DNA of 63,573 bases, counting the filler, from Octopus bimaculoides (taxonomy: Eukaryota), in the NCBI RefSeq assembly GCF_001194135.2. It is 4 parts of 4 records of this genome, joined end to end, with 100 filler letters (N's around TTAATTAATTAA, not from the genome) between each part and the next. Parts side by side here need not be neighbours in the genome. Positions count along the whole stretch, not along the records: positions 1 to 31,664 come from NC_068988.1; 3 more parts are not named here. The stretch is one strand, 5' to 3'. The notes below the pieces were generated by a model. The model searched no databases. It was not told where the DNA came from and worked only from the letters and a program-made list of their open reading frames with translations. A program made the translations under genes and the position numbers. Numbering within the stretch: position 1 is the stretch's first letter; each line of letters opens with the position of its first letter. Shown here piece after piece: positions 1 through 12,124 of the stretch.

Positions 1-51
<51 letters not shown>

Positions 52-60
52 TGCGTGTGT
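1..60. repeat. (GT)n microsatellite
   Basis: Direct: pure GT dinucleotide run at the window start. Confidence 0.95.
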
Positions 61-254
61 GTTGTTCTATTCCTGATTCGAAGTTGGCAGTTAATTTTAA
101 TAGGCACCTGGTCACTGGCACTGTGGCAAAGAAGAAAAACATTGATTTAAACATTAATAAAATCGAATTTCAAATTCAAGGCTGTTCTTTTCCTTTCGTC
201 ATTCCTTCTTTAAGCAGTCGTCCTTTAGATTTTCAGTATGTTGCAGAGTTCTGA

Positions 255-640
255 AGGCTTAGCAGCATTTCATACGTCCTTACGTTCTCAGTCCAAAATC
301 CGCCGGGATTGACTTTGCTTTTCAGCCTTTCAAGGTTGAACACCGGAGTTGATTTAATCGCCTTAGCCCCTCCTCAGAACTTGCTGGCCTTGTGCCAAAA
401 TGTGAAATCAATATCTTCTAGAGTTCTTAAGACGGTGAACTGGCAGAATCCTCAACCTACCGGGGGAAAATGCTTAACGGTGTTTTGTCCGTGTTAACGT
501 TCCGAGTTCAAATTCCACCGAGGTTGACTTTGCCTTTCATCCTTCGTGGTTGATAAAATAAATATCACTTGAACACTGGAGTCGATGTAATCGACTTATC
601 CCCTCCCTCGAATTTGCTTGTGCCAAAATTTAAAATCAAT
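255..640 (+). mobile_element. Two adjacent degraded copies of a tRNA-derived SINE (family C)
   Basis: Repeated motif GAGTTCAAATTC..GAGGTTGACTTTGCCTTTCATCCTT..GATAAAATAA..TGGAGTCGATGTAATCGAC..CTTGTGCCAAAATTT; other copies at 11395-11720 (-) and 36650-36790 (+). Confidence 0.7.
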
Positions 641-2973
641 TCTGAGTTCTGCTGTCTCTGATATTGTTATCATACGCAGCATAAAGAATCATAAGCCTCC
701 ATCCTTTCTCAGGAAAACCCTTCAGCATCCTAGTGACAGTTCCTGTGTCACTAGGGAGAAGTTATTTCGTACCCACCCAGTTTGGACAACTCATGATCAA
801 TTAAAAACTACAAAATTGCAAGAAAATCTAAACTTTGCAGACCAAGCTTTCCCCATTCACTATACGAGCCGTGAGTTTTCGCGCAGCTCGCTTAAGTTCT
901 TCATGCTGGATACGTGCTTTCTCAAAAGTGTCGATCCCCTCCTTAACCTGCTAACATACATACATACATACATACATACATACATACATACATACATACA
1001 TACCTATTGAGTGAAAGGGAGAGAGATGAGGAAAGATTTTTCTTAAAACTTAATGACTATTTAAAAAGATCCTTAGAAAAGCAGAATGATACGAACATTT
1101 TGGGAAAATCTTTTGTACATTGTGTGTATACGTTTACACTTTATCCAGGAACACATTGCTATGAGCTAATCCATAGAGGAATTTTCCTAATAGTCGTGTT
1201 GACATAAAGATCCATGTGTGTGTGTGTGTGTGTGTGTGAATATATATTAAAACATTATTAAAATTCCATTGAACAAACAAGATAAGCATTGCACTTAATC
1301 ATAAATATACATATATTCTGCTTCCTGTTTATGTTAAACCTTTATATTTTAAAAATGGTTTTGTAGTTTTGTACTTGTTGCAATATCCAATAGCCAAAAT
1401 ATGAAGATAGACATAACTGACTTCTGCTTTATATTATTCCTTACAGTTTCCGATCCTTTTTCAACTTCAAGCATCCAATCAAATTTTATAGATGTCGTTC
1501 GCCTTAGAGTTGCATCAAATTTTATAACTTTTTCTTTTTCTTTTTATCAGAAACTAATTGTAGCAACGTGATTTATAGTCTATGGCTCATTAAACTTTCT
1601 TAATGGCATACTTATAATTATAGATCGAAAAAGCAAATGAAACGTTTTTAGTAGTTACATTGATACATTTTAATATTATCACGTTCAGAACTGCAAGGAT
1701 CGTAGTAGCTTTTTCGTAAAACTTTCCATAATGTAAGCCATTATTTCAATGAATTTAGATGTTTCATGTCCACTGATCTTGATATCGATATCAATTATAC
1801 GAAGTCCTACCTACATCAATTCTTCCCTAAGCCAGTCCTTCTGTGGCGATATAGTCGTATCAAATCTACGCTGCTGTTATTAATCATTATTATCATGTAC
1901 TATTTGTACTGTCAAATTCAGCGCTTAAAGATCATAGCTTCTGACAAAAGTGAAAAACGTTTACATTATTATTTTGCTTTATATCTCTAATTTTATATGG
2001 TTTGCGATCTCGCAAATCATATAAGATTCAAGGATTTTAGTCGATCATATTTTTACTCTAACTGAATGTAAAAAACTATAGCTAACATGACAAAAGAAGT
2101 TGAGACTTTCACAGAATGCTGCTCTTTTAAGTGTTTCTTTTTATTGACTTAAAACCGAAAGGTAGCTCCTGGTTAGAGTGATTATCGCAAGCAGTAGTTC
2201 AAACCGAAAGTTTTATAGTATAATATTGTTTTAATATTAGATTTTAATTGGTAGCCGAGTGTTGATGTAACTGTTGTTTCTCATTGATTGTTGCTGGGGT
2301 TTCTCGTTGTTTCGACGAACAATCAGTTCCTCATTGTTCGTCGTTGTCTGTTGCCGTAAATATTTCTCATTGGTTCATAATGGATTTTAACTGGCTATTC
2401 ACTGTGATGTTAATATTTCTCGTTGGTCAATATTTCTCGTTGGTTAATATTTCTCGTTGCTAGATTTTTATGTTTTGTTGACTGTTGGTATATTTGATTC
2501 TCATTGTTTTAATTAGTCCTTCATTATTAATACCAATCTTCATTTTATCATCATTCAAGAAATAGTCTAGCGATGGCGCTAATTTGTTGCTAGGGTGAAC
2601 TTAATGCAGAAAGTTTATATTTTTTGATAACTATGTAGTGAAACGCGTTGATTGGGTGTGTCACATTTTGTTATTAATACAGCTACTGCAACAATTTTAT
2701 TGCATTTCTGTCTCCTTTTCTGTTGTTGTGTTTTAATGGCTTCTTATAGATGCACGGTTGTCGGAAAGAAGCAGTGATATTAGCTAACCTAAATATGTAT
2801 AAATTGCACTGATTATCTGGAGTTCATTCAAATTTGCAGGTTAGTGGACTTTCGGTTGATAGGATATTTATAATTTTTTGGATGGATTTTCTTTATTAAT
2901 ATATTTTGATGCCAATTTATGATTAAGTGTAATGCTTATCTTGTTTGTTCAGTGAGATTTTAATAACGTTTTA

Positions 2974-3547
2974 GGATCTTTTTTAAAACGGGGGCCACAT
3001 TTTTCATTAACGAAACACTTTGAAACTTGGAACACTGGTAGAATGTGTCATATAAAACATCTTTTTCTCTTAGTCTTCTTTAAAAAAAAAGAAATCCATA
3101 AGTTATTCCATGTTAAAGTTGTCGTATTTCTGTAATTTCAACCAATCACTGACGTCCATTCAGCCGATATACATTAAGTGCCGACTACATAAACAAACGA
3201 TTCTGAAACAATTAACCCTAACCCTAACCCTAGGGTTAGGGTTAGGGTTAGGGTTAAAGCAAATTTAAAATGAAAAAAGCAAATAAAACGAAGGTATGGA
3301 GATTAAATACGCTTTACATCGCTTAATCAGCCAAAGGAGTAAATGTAAACAACTGAATACTTGTCAGTGATTGGTTGAAATTATCGAAATAAGACAATTT
3401 TTTACATGAAATAAATTCGAATACAAAAATATTTTTCTGTTCTATAACACAAAATAGATAAGTATACGAAGTTTGAAAGTCTTTCGGTACCAAAAACACT
3501 ACGTAAAACATTAATGAAAAATGTGGCCCCCGTTTTAAAATAGATCC
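2974..3547. mobile_element. Non-autonomous TIR element (MITE) with 8-bp TSD and central telomere-repeat palindrome; possibly Merlin-like
   Basis: TIRs GGATCTTTTTTAAAACGGGGGCCACATTTTTCATTAA and TTAATGAAAAATGTGGCCCCCGTTTTAAAATAGATCC; flanking direct repeat ACGTTTTA at 2966-2973 and 3548-3555; inner inverted repeat AATTTCAACCAATCACTGAC / GTCAGTGATTGGTTGAAATT. Confidence 0.85.
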
Positions 3548-3705
3548 ACGTTTTAATATATTCTATACCCAGGGCAATTTGTTTTCATGCATATGAGTTT
3601 TCTGTTCCTCTCCTCCTTTTCATAGTGAATACTCTAATATCTATTTTTCTATATTATTTGTAGACTGTTATACGAAAATAAATCTTATGGCTTTATGGGC
3701 ATTAG

Positions 3706-4115
3706 CGCAGCTGTGTGGTAAGAAGCTTGCTTCCCAGTCACATGGTTACAGGTTCAGTTCCACTGCATAGCACCTTGGATAAGTGTCTTTTATCATAGTC
3801 TCGGGCTGACCAAATCATTAGGAGTGGATTTGGTAGGCGGAAGCTTAAAAAGGCCCGTTGCATCTGTGTGTGTGTGTGTGTATGTGTGTGTGTGTATGTG
3901 TGTGTGTGTGTGTGTGTTCTAGTGTTTGTCTCCCACCACACACACACACACACAAACACATACACACCATTTGACAACCGGTATTTTGTTTACATTCGCG
4001 TAACTTAGTAGTTCGGCAAAAAGAGACCAATAGAATAAGTACTATTCGACTAAAAGTTCTTCAAGGCAGTGCCCCAGCATGGCCACAATCTAATGACAGA
4101 AACAAGTAAAAGATA
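3706..4115 (+). mobile_element. tRNA-derived SINE (family B) with internal (GT)n microsatellite
   Basis: Head GCTGTGTGGTAAGAAGCTTGCTTCCC..GGTTCAGTTCCACTG; tail TTGACAACCG..CGGCAAAAAGAGACC..CCAGCATGGCC..GAAACAAGTAAAAG; many copies in the window. Confidence 0.85.
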
Positions 4116-4633
4116 AGGTCAATAATAAACTCAAAGTTACTCGTAGTTTCACAAGGCGTTGGTTCGGATTGACTGAAAAATAAAATAGAATGGTACAATT
4201 TTTTCCGATGAGGGAAAGGATGTCACCTTGTGAACCTAAAAACATCTAATCCGTTTGTAATTGAAAATTTTTAGCAAAGATTATATCACGTTTTTGCAAT
4301 ATCTCAAAATGTCACCCCTTCTGTTTAGTGACTATAAGTCTTTCATTAAGACGTAAAATTCATCCGGTAAATATAACGTACACTTTTTTTTTTTTTTAGT
4401 TCCGTTAGTTAAAGAAAGTGCAGTGTTCCAGGTTATAAGAATTTTTAGAGACCACTGTTATTCAGTTTCCTAGCGTATGGTCGAGGGTGGGGGGATATTC
4501 ATTCTATTTCTGCATCTCCGTGATTGTTTTCGCTAGTTGAACTGCTATTAAACGTGTGCTCTGAGTTCAGAACGCTACATCATATATAGAGTATCTTTTA
4601 AATTTTTCTTATTTGCATTTCTAAATAAGACGG

Positions 4634-4635
<2 letters not shown>

Positions 4636-4729
<94 letters not shown>

Positions 4730-4733
4730 GTGT
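4636..4733. repeat. (GT)n microsatellite
   Basis: Direct. Confidence 0.95.
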
Positions 4734-5499
4734 ATGTTATTCCTACATTACTACACGCTATGGTCAATTGCTTTAGCAAGACCTAAATGACATTGTAAAA
4801 CTTAATACGAGTAAAATCCGTAATACTAGTTCAACTAAAAAAATATAATGTTATACCTTCCTAGGAGTAAACAAAATCACGACAACATATCTCTGAATAA
4901 AGATGTCTAAAAATATTCATTCGAGATATATTGGTAGTTAAGTTCTGAACTATATGTAATGAAATATTTCAGACATTAGTAGACTTTTGCGTGTTTCTCT
5001 TATCTAAATAACGCTGATCGGAACGTTTGACTAAATCGAAAGGTAGCTGAAAGTAATTAGGGTATTTTATCATCAAAATTGTTAATATAGTTAAAGTGGG
5101 AGCACTTACGTGATCGTTCAAACTCCTAGAAATAACAGAACAAAATATCCTATAATCCTACCTTACGGTCTTTGGAAAGGAAGGAACATATAGGATAAAG
5201 CTGTCTTTCATCCATAGATGAAACGGGATGATCAGATCATACCAGTTTGATCGAGATTTATCTAAGGGTTAAACTACCATTGTTAAAAGAGCAGGAGACA
5301 CTGAATATTAACAGCGATTATAATAGCATTCTGAGTGAAATTAAAAGATATAATACAATTATACAATTAATAACATAATTAACAATACTAAAGTGAGAAA
5401 GGAAACCTGTTACTGAACGGTGCTAAAGAAAATAGATTGAAAAAGACCGACGATGAATGTAGATGGTATTGTTTAAAAGGATTGCTATATAATACATTC

Positions 5500-5811
5500 T
5501 TGTTGGCACTCTGTCGCTTACGACATCGAGGGTTCCAGTTGATCCGATCAACGGAACAGCCTGCTCGTCAAATTAACGTGCAAGCAGCTGAGCACTCCAC
5601 AGACACGTGTACAACAGAAACAGGAAGTAAGAGTGAGAGAAAGATGTGGTGAAAGAGTACAGCAGGGTTCGCCACCATCCCCTACCGGAGCCTCGTGGAA
5701 CTTTAGGTGTTTTCGCTCAATAAACACTCACAACGCCTGGTCTCGGAATCGAAACCGCGATCCTATGACCGTGAGTCCACTGCCCTAACCACTGGGCCAT
5801 TGCGCCTCCAC
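5500..5811 (-). mobile_element. tRNA-derived SINE (family A), internally deleted
   Basis: Reverse complement begins GTGGAGGCGCAATGGCCCAGTGGTTAGGGCAGTGGACTC..GGTTTCGATTCC (A/B-box-like); homologous to 11720-12106. Confidence 0.85.
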
Positions 5812-6412
5812 AGATTCACCATAGTAAAGTNNNNNNNNNNNNNNNNNNNNNNNNNNNNNNNNNNNNNNNNNNNNNNNNNNNNNNNNNNNNNNNNNNNNNN
5901 NNNNNNNNNNNNNNNNNNNNNNNNNNNNNNNNNNNNNNNNNNNNNNNNNNNNNNNNNNNNNNNNNNNNNNNNNNNNNNNNNNNNNNNNNNNNNNNNNNNN
6001 NNNNNNNNNNNNNNNNNNNNNNNNNNNNNNNNNNNNNNNNNNNNNNNNNNNNNNNNNNNNNNNNNNNNNNNNNNNNNNNNNNNNNNNNNNNNNNNNNNNN
6101 NNNNNNNNNNNNNNNNNNNNNNNNNNNNNNNNNNNNNNNNNNNNNNNNNNNNNNNNNNNNNNNNNNNNNNNNNNNNNNNNNNNNNNNNNNNNNNNNNNNN
6201 NNNNNNNNNNNNNNNNNNNNNNNNNNNNNNNNNNNNNNNNNNNNNNNNNNNNNNNNNNNNNNNNNNNNNNNNNNNNNNNNNNNNNNNNNNNNNNNNNNNN
6301 NNNNNNNNNNNNNNNNNNNNNNNNNNNNNNNNNNNNNNNNNNNNNNNNNNNNNNNNNNNNNNNNNNNNNNNNNNNNNNNNNNNNACACACCAACACCCTT
6401 ATATATATGTGT

Positions 6413-6458
<46 letters not shown>

Positions 6459-6461
6459 GTA

Positions 6462-6655
6462 TTTGTCCCTCATCATCGCTTGACAACCGGTATTAGTGTG
6501 TTTACGTTCCCGTAAATTAGCAGATCGGCAAATAAGACTGATAGAATAAGTACTAGGCAGCAAAAAATAAGTCCTGGAGTCGATTTGTTCGACTAAAATC
6601 CTTCGAGCCGGTGGTCCAGCATGGCCGCAGTCAACTAAGTAAAAAGAATAAGAGA
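6462..6655 (+). mobile_element. SINE family B, 3' half
   Basis: Matches tail of 3706-4115 and 15217-15625. Confidence 0.8.
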
Positions 6656-6681
6656 AAAATAGATAGATAGATAGATAGATA

Positions 6682-6810
6682 CTACTAAAGGCATTGGTCG
6701 GTCCGAGGCTATAGTAGAAGACACTTGCCCAAGGTGCCGCGAGTAATGACTGAACCCGAAATCACGTAATCGCTAAGCTGGCTTCTTAACCACACAGCCA
6801 TGCCTGCGCC
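6682..6810 (-). mobile_element. SINE family B, 5' head
   Basis: Reverse complement of GGCTGTGTGGTTAAGAAGCCAGC..GGCACCTTGGGCAAGTGTCTTCTACTATAGCCTCGG. Confidence 0.8.
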
Positions 6811-7416
6811 TAGCCACGCCTGCACCTAGCCATGCCCGTGTCTAGCTTTTTTTTTTACATATTTTTTATTCTTTATTTTTGTAGTTCAATGACCGGTTTT
6901 TATTGATAGCTTTTAATAGAAATTGAAAGTGTTATCCCTTTTTCCCCGCTCATTAATATAAATCTCATTGTGAAGCAATTTCTTGCCAAGCTGCTTTTAG
7001 TAAGAGCTGAACAACTATTTAACATGAAGAAGATTCTGAATCATTTAATCAGCCGCCTGGTGATCGGAAACGAAAAATAAGAAAACCAACGAGTAAAGAC
7101 GCACAAAAAAACTGTGTGTGTGAGTATGGAAATGCACAAACACACAGAAAACCTTTTTGTTTTGAAGAAGTACAACCCGCACATACAGAAAACTATACAT
7201 TATTCTCTGTTGACAAGAATTATTCAGAGATAGGCTAGATAGAACAATGATATTAAAATTCCAGGATTGAATTCTGCAATCGTATGACACAGTCGGCAGC
7301 CAATTCGCCGAAAATAAGTAAGGAGAATCAGAATATCAGATCAGCAGTTTCTCATGGAAAAGTGATCAGAAAAGATAGGTTGACGTGCATTTTCTTCTTT
7401 GTTCCAAATGATATAT

Positions 7417-7498
<82 letters not shown>

Positions 7499-7510
7499 CA
7501 TATACATACA

Positions 7511-7669
7511 CGAGAAAGCTGATACGAAGACTTCAAATCAGGCGATCACTGAAACTAAAAGTTTGTAAAACTTTCCAGAAGTTTATCATTTAAGTATATA
7601 CGTGCTTATCTAGACATGCAACTATAAGCATGAGAATACATGCATAAAACAAAACATACAAATCTGCAC
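7511..7669 (+). mobile_element. 5'-truncated 3' end of the (CATA)n-embedded R4/Dong-like LINE
   Basis: Homologous to 43330-43488 (GAGAAAGCT..GAAGACT..GTAAAACTTTCCAG..AATCTGCAC); preceded by CATATACATACA, followed by (CATA)n. Confidence 0.8.
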
Positions 7670-8449
7670 ATATGCATGCATACATACATACATACATACA
7701 TACATACATAGTCTGTTGATGTTGTTGAAATTCCAACGAAGGAGCCTTGAATCTCGGTTAGAAACCGACTCTTTATCTATTGGCACAAAATCTTGAAATA
7801 AAATTGAATAAGGTTGTACATACGTATGCATAGATAAAATTTTATAAAACAAGAAGATAGAATGAAGAGGCCTTAATCACAAATCGCAACAATTGTTTTT
7901 GTGCATTGGCAATAGTTGTTACCTGCTGAGTTTTCCATACCATACTGTTACATAAAAGTAAGATATACAGAATGTTATCGAGAACTATACACTGCTTCCG
8001 TCGCTAGTGAGCAGCTAGTGAATTGCAGATTAATAGCCTAACGGATGGGTTTTTCGACACCATAATACTTTCTTCTATTGGCCCTGAAAACAAAAAAGGC
8101 AATGTTGGACACGGTGGAATTTGAGCTCGGAGCATTAAGACCCAGAATAAACACCGCGTGGTATGATATCTGATATATCTAATGATAAAGATATCATTTC
8201 TTGCCAACCATGATACTCGTAAGTACTCACGAATACATACTTGTTTACATATATACACTGATATGCATGCGTGCATATTCATACACGCAATTAACTTTTG
8301 GAAACAAATCCTGCATATGACCACGTACGCATACCCTAACGTATATCAGTAAATATACAAGTGGGTGTGTATTTGAATATATATATGTATATATAAGGTG
8401 TCTGTGTACGCACATGTGCGCGCGCGAAAGCACACACACATACACACAC

Positions 8450-8517
<68 letters not shown>

Positions 8518-8544
8518 NNNNNNNNNNNNNNNNNNNNNNNNNNN

Positions 8545-8580
<36 letters not shown>

Positions 8581-8588
<8 letters not shown>

Positions 8589-8957
8589 AAGTCTACAATA
8601 TTGTATATCATCACTGCTGATCTTACTAAACGGTTTCACACAAGGAATACTATAGAGTGTCAGGTGACAATCCGATTATATAAACTTACGCTCATCAGAG
8701 TTAGCCAACTTGTTTGAAATTATAAATAAATTCTAAATACATTATGTATGTAAGATTATGAATCATCTCTTGCACACCTTAGTTAATGTCTGTCGGATTG
8801 TTACCTAACACTCCATTGTATTCCTTGCGCGAAACTGATTGGGAGATCAGCTGCCATGGATATATAATACTATACATTTCGGATAATATACCCTCTCTAT
8901 TGCCAGATATACAAGTGCATCTTTCCCTGACTTATGGTCTCTTAGGTGACTCACGCA

Positions 8958-8960
<3 letters not shown>
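8581..8960. mobile_element. Head-to-head inverted pair of Penelope-type pLTR fragments with a hammerhead-like motif
   Basis: 8581-8720 (-) and 8789-8880 (+) are mutually homologous (CGGATTGT.ACCT.ACACTC..GTATTCCTTG.G.GAAAC); the + copy also matches 41050-41200 (-), downstream of a GIY-YIG ORF. Confidence 0.65.
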
Positions 8961-9026
<66 letters not shown>

Positions 9027-9077
9027 NNNNNNNNNNNNNNNNNNNNNNNNNNNNNNNNNNNNNNNNNNNNNNNNNNN

Positions 9078-9118
<41 letters not shown>

Positions 9119-9322
9119 GAGACGTACAGATTTCTACAAATACACTCATATACAATATACAGATGCACACATTCATATATGTATACATGGTAGTTGTCTA
9201 CACGTTAGACGAGAATGACCGTTGCTGACAGGTAAGCGTCATCTATATATATATATATATATATATACCTTTATAATATATACGTCTATACATATATATA
9301 TGCAGGTATATCTATCTATATA

Positions 9323-9376
<54 letters not shown>

Positions 9377-9570
9377 CACCTTCTTCCCAATATCTGTCGG
9401 TAACTTTAATTTCAGGTTCGATTTATTTACATTTTTCTTTTGACATGATTAATTACAATTCTTATGATTCTTGTGTTGGTAGTAACGTGTCTGTTTTGAG
9501 GAGACACCTTTTACTTTTATAGTTTATTTTCTCTCACGCTTCCTCTTTCTCCCACTTTCTCTTTCTCTCC

Positions 9571-9575
<5 letters not shown>

Positions 9576-9650
<75 letters not shown>
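9576..9650. repeat. (CT)n microsatellite
   Basis: Direct. Confidence 0.95.
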
Positions 9651-9655
<5 letters not shown>

Positions 9656-10111
9656 GTCAGTCGATCTCTACTTCTGCCTATCTGTTTATCACTCATCTAC
9701 ATTTCTGTCCTTACTTAAAATACGATGAGAGCCTGCTGTGATATTGGAAATTCAATAAATATCCTGTATTAGACTGTAGAATTGGTTGAGAAGGATTGGC
9801 AATTTTAGAGACATAGCGAAAAATGTGTGCTAAACTTTCTATTACATATATATGTGGTTTGTACGTGCGTGATAGTGTGTGTGTATTTACGCATACATAT
9901 ACATATATACATGTACCTATACACATTTACTTATCTGTATACATATATATACATCTACCTCTCTTTTTATCACTCTTCTGCATTTTTGTCCAGACTTAAA
10001 ATACGATGAGAACCCAAGGTTATGGTAAAAAAACATCAGTCCAAAGTTTTTGGTAGTGAGATCGATCCCGGAACTTCATGATTGCTAACCACACTTCTTA
10101 ACCGCTCGGCC

Positions 10112-11215
10112 ATCTTTTATCTTTTCCTTTTTACTTTCTTCAGTCATTAGACTGCAGTCATACTGGGGCACCGCCTTGAAGAAATTTTAGTTGAATGAAT
10201 CGACCCCAGTACATTTTTTTAAAGCCTAGCACTTATTCTAACAGTCTCTGTTGCCAAACCGCTAAGTTACGAGGACGTAAACACACCAACACCGGTTGTC
10301 AAACGATGGTGGTGGGACAAACACACACACATACACACATACATATATATATATATATATANNNNNNNNNNNNNNNNNNNNNNNNNNNNNNNNNNNNNNN
10401 NNNNNNNNNNNNNNNNNNNNNNNNNNNNNNNNNNNNNNNNNNNNNNNNNNNNNNNNNNNNNNNNNNNNNNNNNNNNNNNNNNNNNNNNNNNNNNNNNNNN
10501 NNNNNNNNNNNNNNNNNNNNNNNNNNNNNNNNNNNNNNNNNNNNNNNNNNNNNNNNNNNNNNNNNNNNNNNNNNNNNNNNNNNNNNNNNNNNNNNNNNNN
10601 NNNNNNNNNNNNNNNNNNNNNNNNNNNNNNNNNNNNNNNNNNNNNNNNNNNNNNNNNNNNNNNNNNNNNNNNNNNNNNNNNNNNNNNNNNNNNNNNNNNN
10701 NNNNNNNNNNNNNNNNNNNNNNNNNNNNNNNNNNNNNNNNNNNNNNNNNNNNNNNNNNNNNNNNNNNNNNNNNNNNNNNNNNNNNNNNNNNNNNNNNNNN
10801 NNNNNNNNNNNNNNNNNNNNNNNNNNNNNNNNNNNNNNNNNNNNNNNNNNNNNNNNNNNNNNNNNNNNNNNNNNNNNNNNNNNNNNNNNNNNNNNNNNNN
10901 NNNNNNNNNNNNNNNNNNNNNNNNNNNNNNNNNNNNNNNNNNNNNNNNNNNNNNNNNNNNNNNNNNNNNNNNNNNNNNNNNNNNNNNNNNNNNNNNNNNN
11001 NNNNNNNNNNNNNNNNNNNNNNNNNNNNNNNNNNNNNNNNNNNNNNNNNNNNNNNNNNNNNNNNNNNNNNNNNNNNNNNNNNNNNNNNNNNNNNNNNNNN
11101 NNNNNNNNNNNNNNNNNNNNNNNNNNNNNNNNNNNNNNNNNNNNNNNNNNNNNNNNNNNNNNNNNNNNNNNNNNNNNNNCCAGAACCATGTAGTTGGGAA
11201 GCAAGCCACACCATG
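10112..11215 (-). mobile_element. SINE family B spanning an N gap
   Basis: Tail at 10112-10330 and head remnant at 11181-11215, both reverse-complement matches to family B. Confidence 0.65.
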
Positions 11216-11250
11216 CTTGCGTTCTTACACAAATACATGTGCGGGTGTAT

Positions 11251-11317
<67 letters not shown>

Positions 11318-11394
11318 CATCTTATAAATAATTTAGTAACAATAAAAATCTAACCGCCCGAATGCTACGGTATGTAATGATGATGAATAATGGT

Positions 11395-11720
11395 TTCAAA
11401 TTGTGTCACAAGGCCAGCAATTTTAGTGGAGTAAGTAGGTTACATCGACTCCAGTACTTGACTGGTACTTTATTTTATCGACCTCCAAAAGGATGAAAGA
11501 CAATCTTGAACTCAGAACGGCAAGAGCCGGGAGAAAGCTGGTAAGCGTTTTGTCCGATGAGCTAACGAGTCTGCCAGTTTCCCGTTTTAGCGACTTCAAA
11601 TTTTGGCACAAGGCCAGCAATTTTAGAAAGAGGGCTAAGTCGATTACATTGCCCTCCACCCTTGTGCGCAATTACTATTTATTTTACTGGATGAAAAGCA
11701 ATATTTGAACTCAGAACGTT
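11395..11720 (-). mobile_element. Two SINE family C fragments
   Basis: CACAAGGCCAGCAATTTT..TACATCGACTCCAGTACTTGACTGGTACTTTATTTTATCGACCTCCAAAAGGATGAAAG is the reverse complement of 255-640. Confidence 0.75.
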
Positions 11721-12107
11721 GTTGTTGTTGGCACTCCGTCGCGTACGACGTCGAGGGTTCCAGTTGATCCGATCAACGGAACAGCCTGCTCGTGAAATTA
11801 ACGTGCAAGTGGCTGAGCACTCCACAGACACGTGTACCTTTAACGTAGTTCTCGGGGATATTCAGCGTGACACAGTGTGACAAGGCTGACCCTTTGAATT
11901 ACAGGCACAACAGAAACAGGAAGAAAGAGTGAGATAAAGTAATGGTGAAAGAGTACAGCAAGGTTCGCCACCATCCCCTGCAGGAGCCTCGTGGAGCTTT
12001 AGATGTTTTCGCTCAATAAACACTCACAACGCTCCGTCTGGGAATCGAAACCGTGATCTTATGACCACGAGTCCGCTGCCCTAACCACTGGGCCATTGCG
12101 CCTCCAC
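11720..12107 (-). mobile_element. tRNA-derived SINE (family A), full length
   Basis: tRNA-like head at 12040-12107; tail ends in a (CAA)n-like repeat at 11720-11730. Confidence 0.9.
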
Positions 12108-12124
12108 ATTCAGAACGTAAAGCC

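Noticed and set aside
3212-3256. Telomere-telomere fusion scar
   Set aside because: Orientation is (CCCTAA)n then (TTAGGG)n, opposite to an end-to-end fusion, and it lies inside a TIR/TSD-bounded element.
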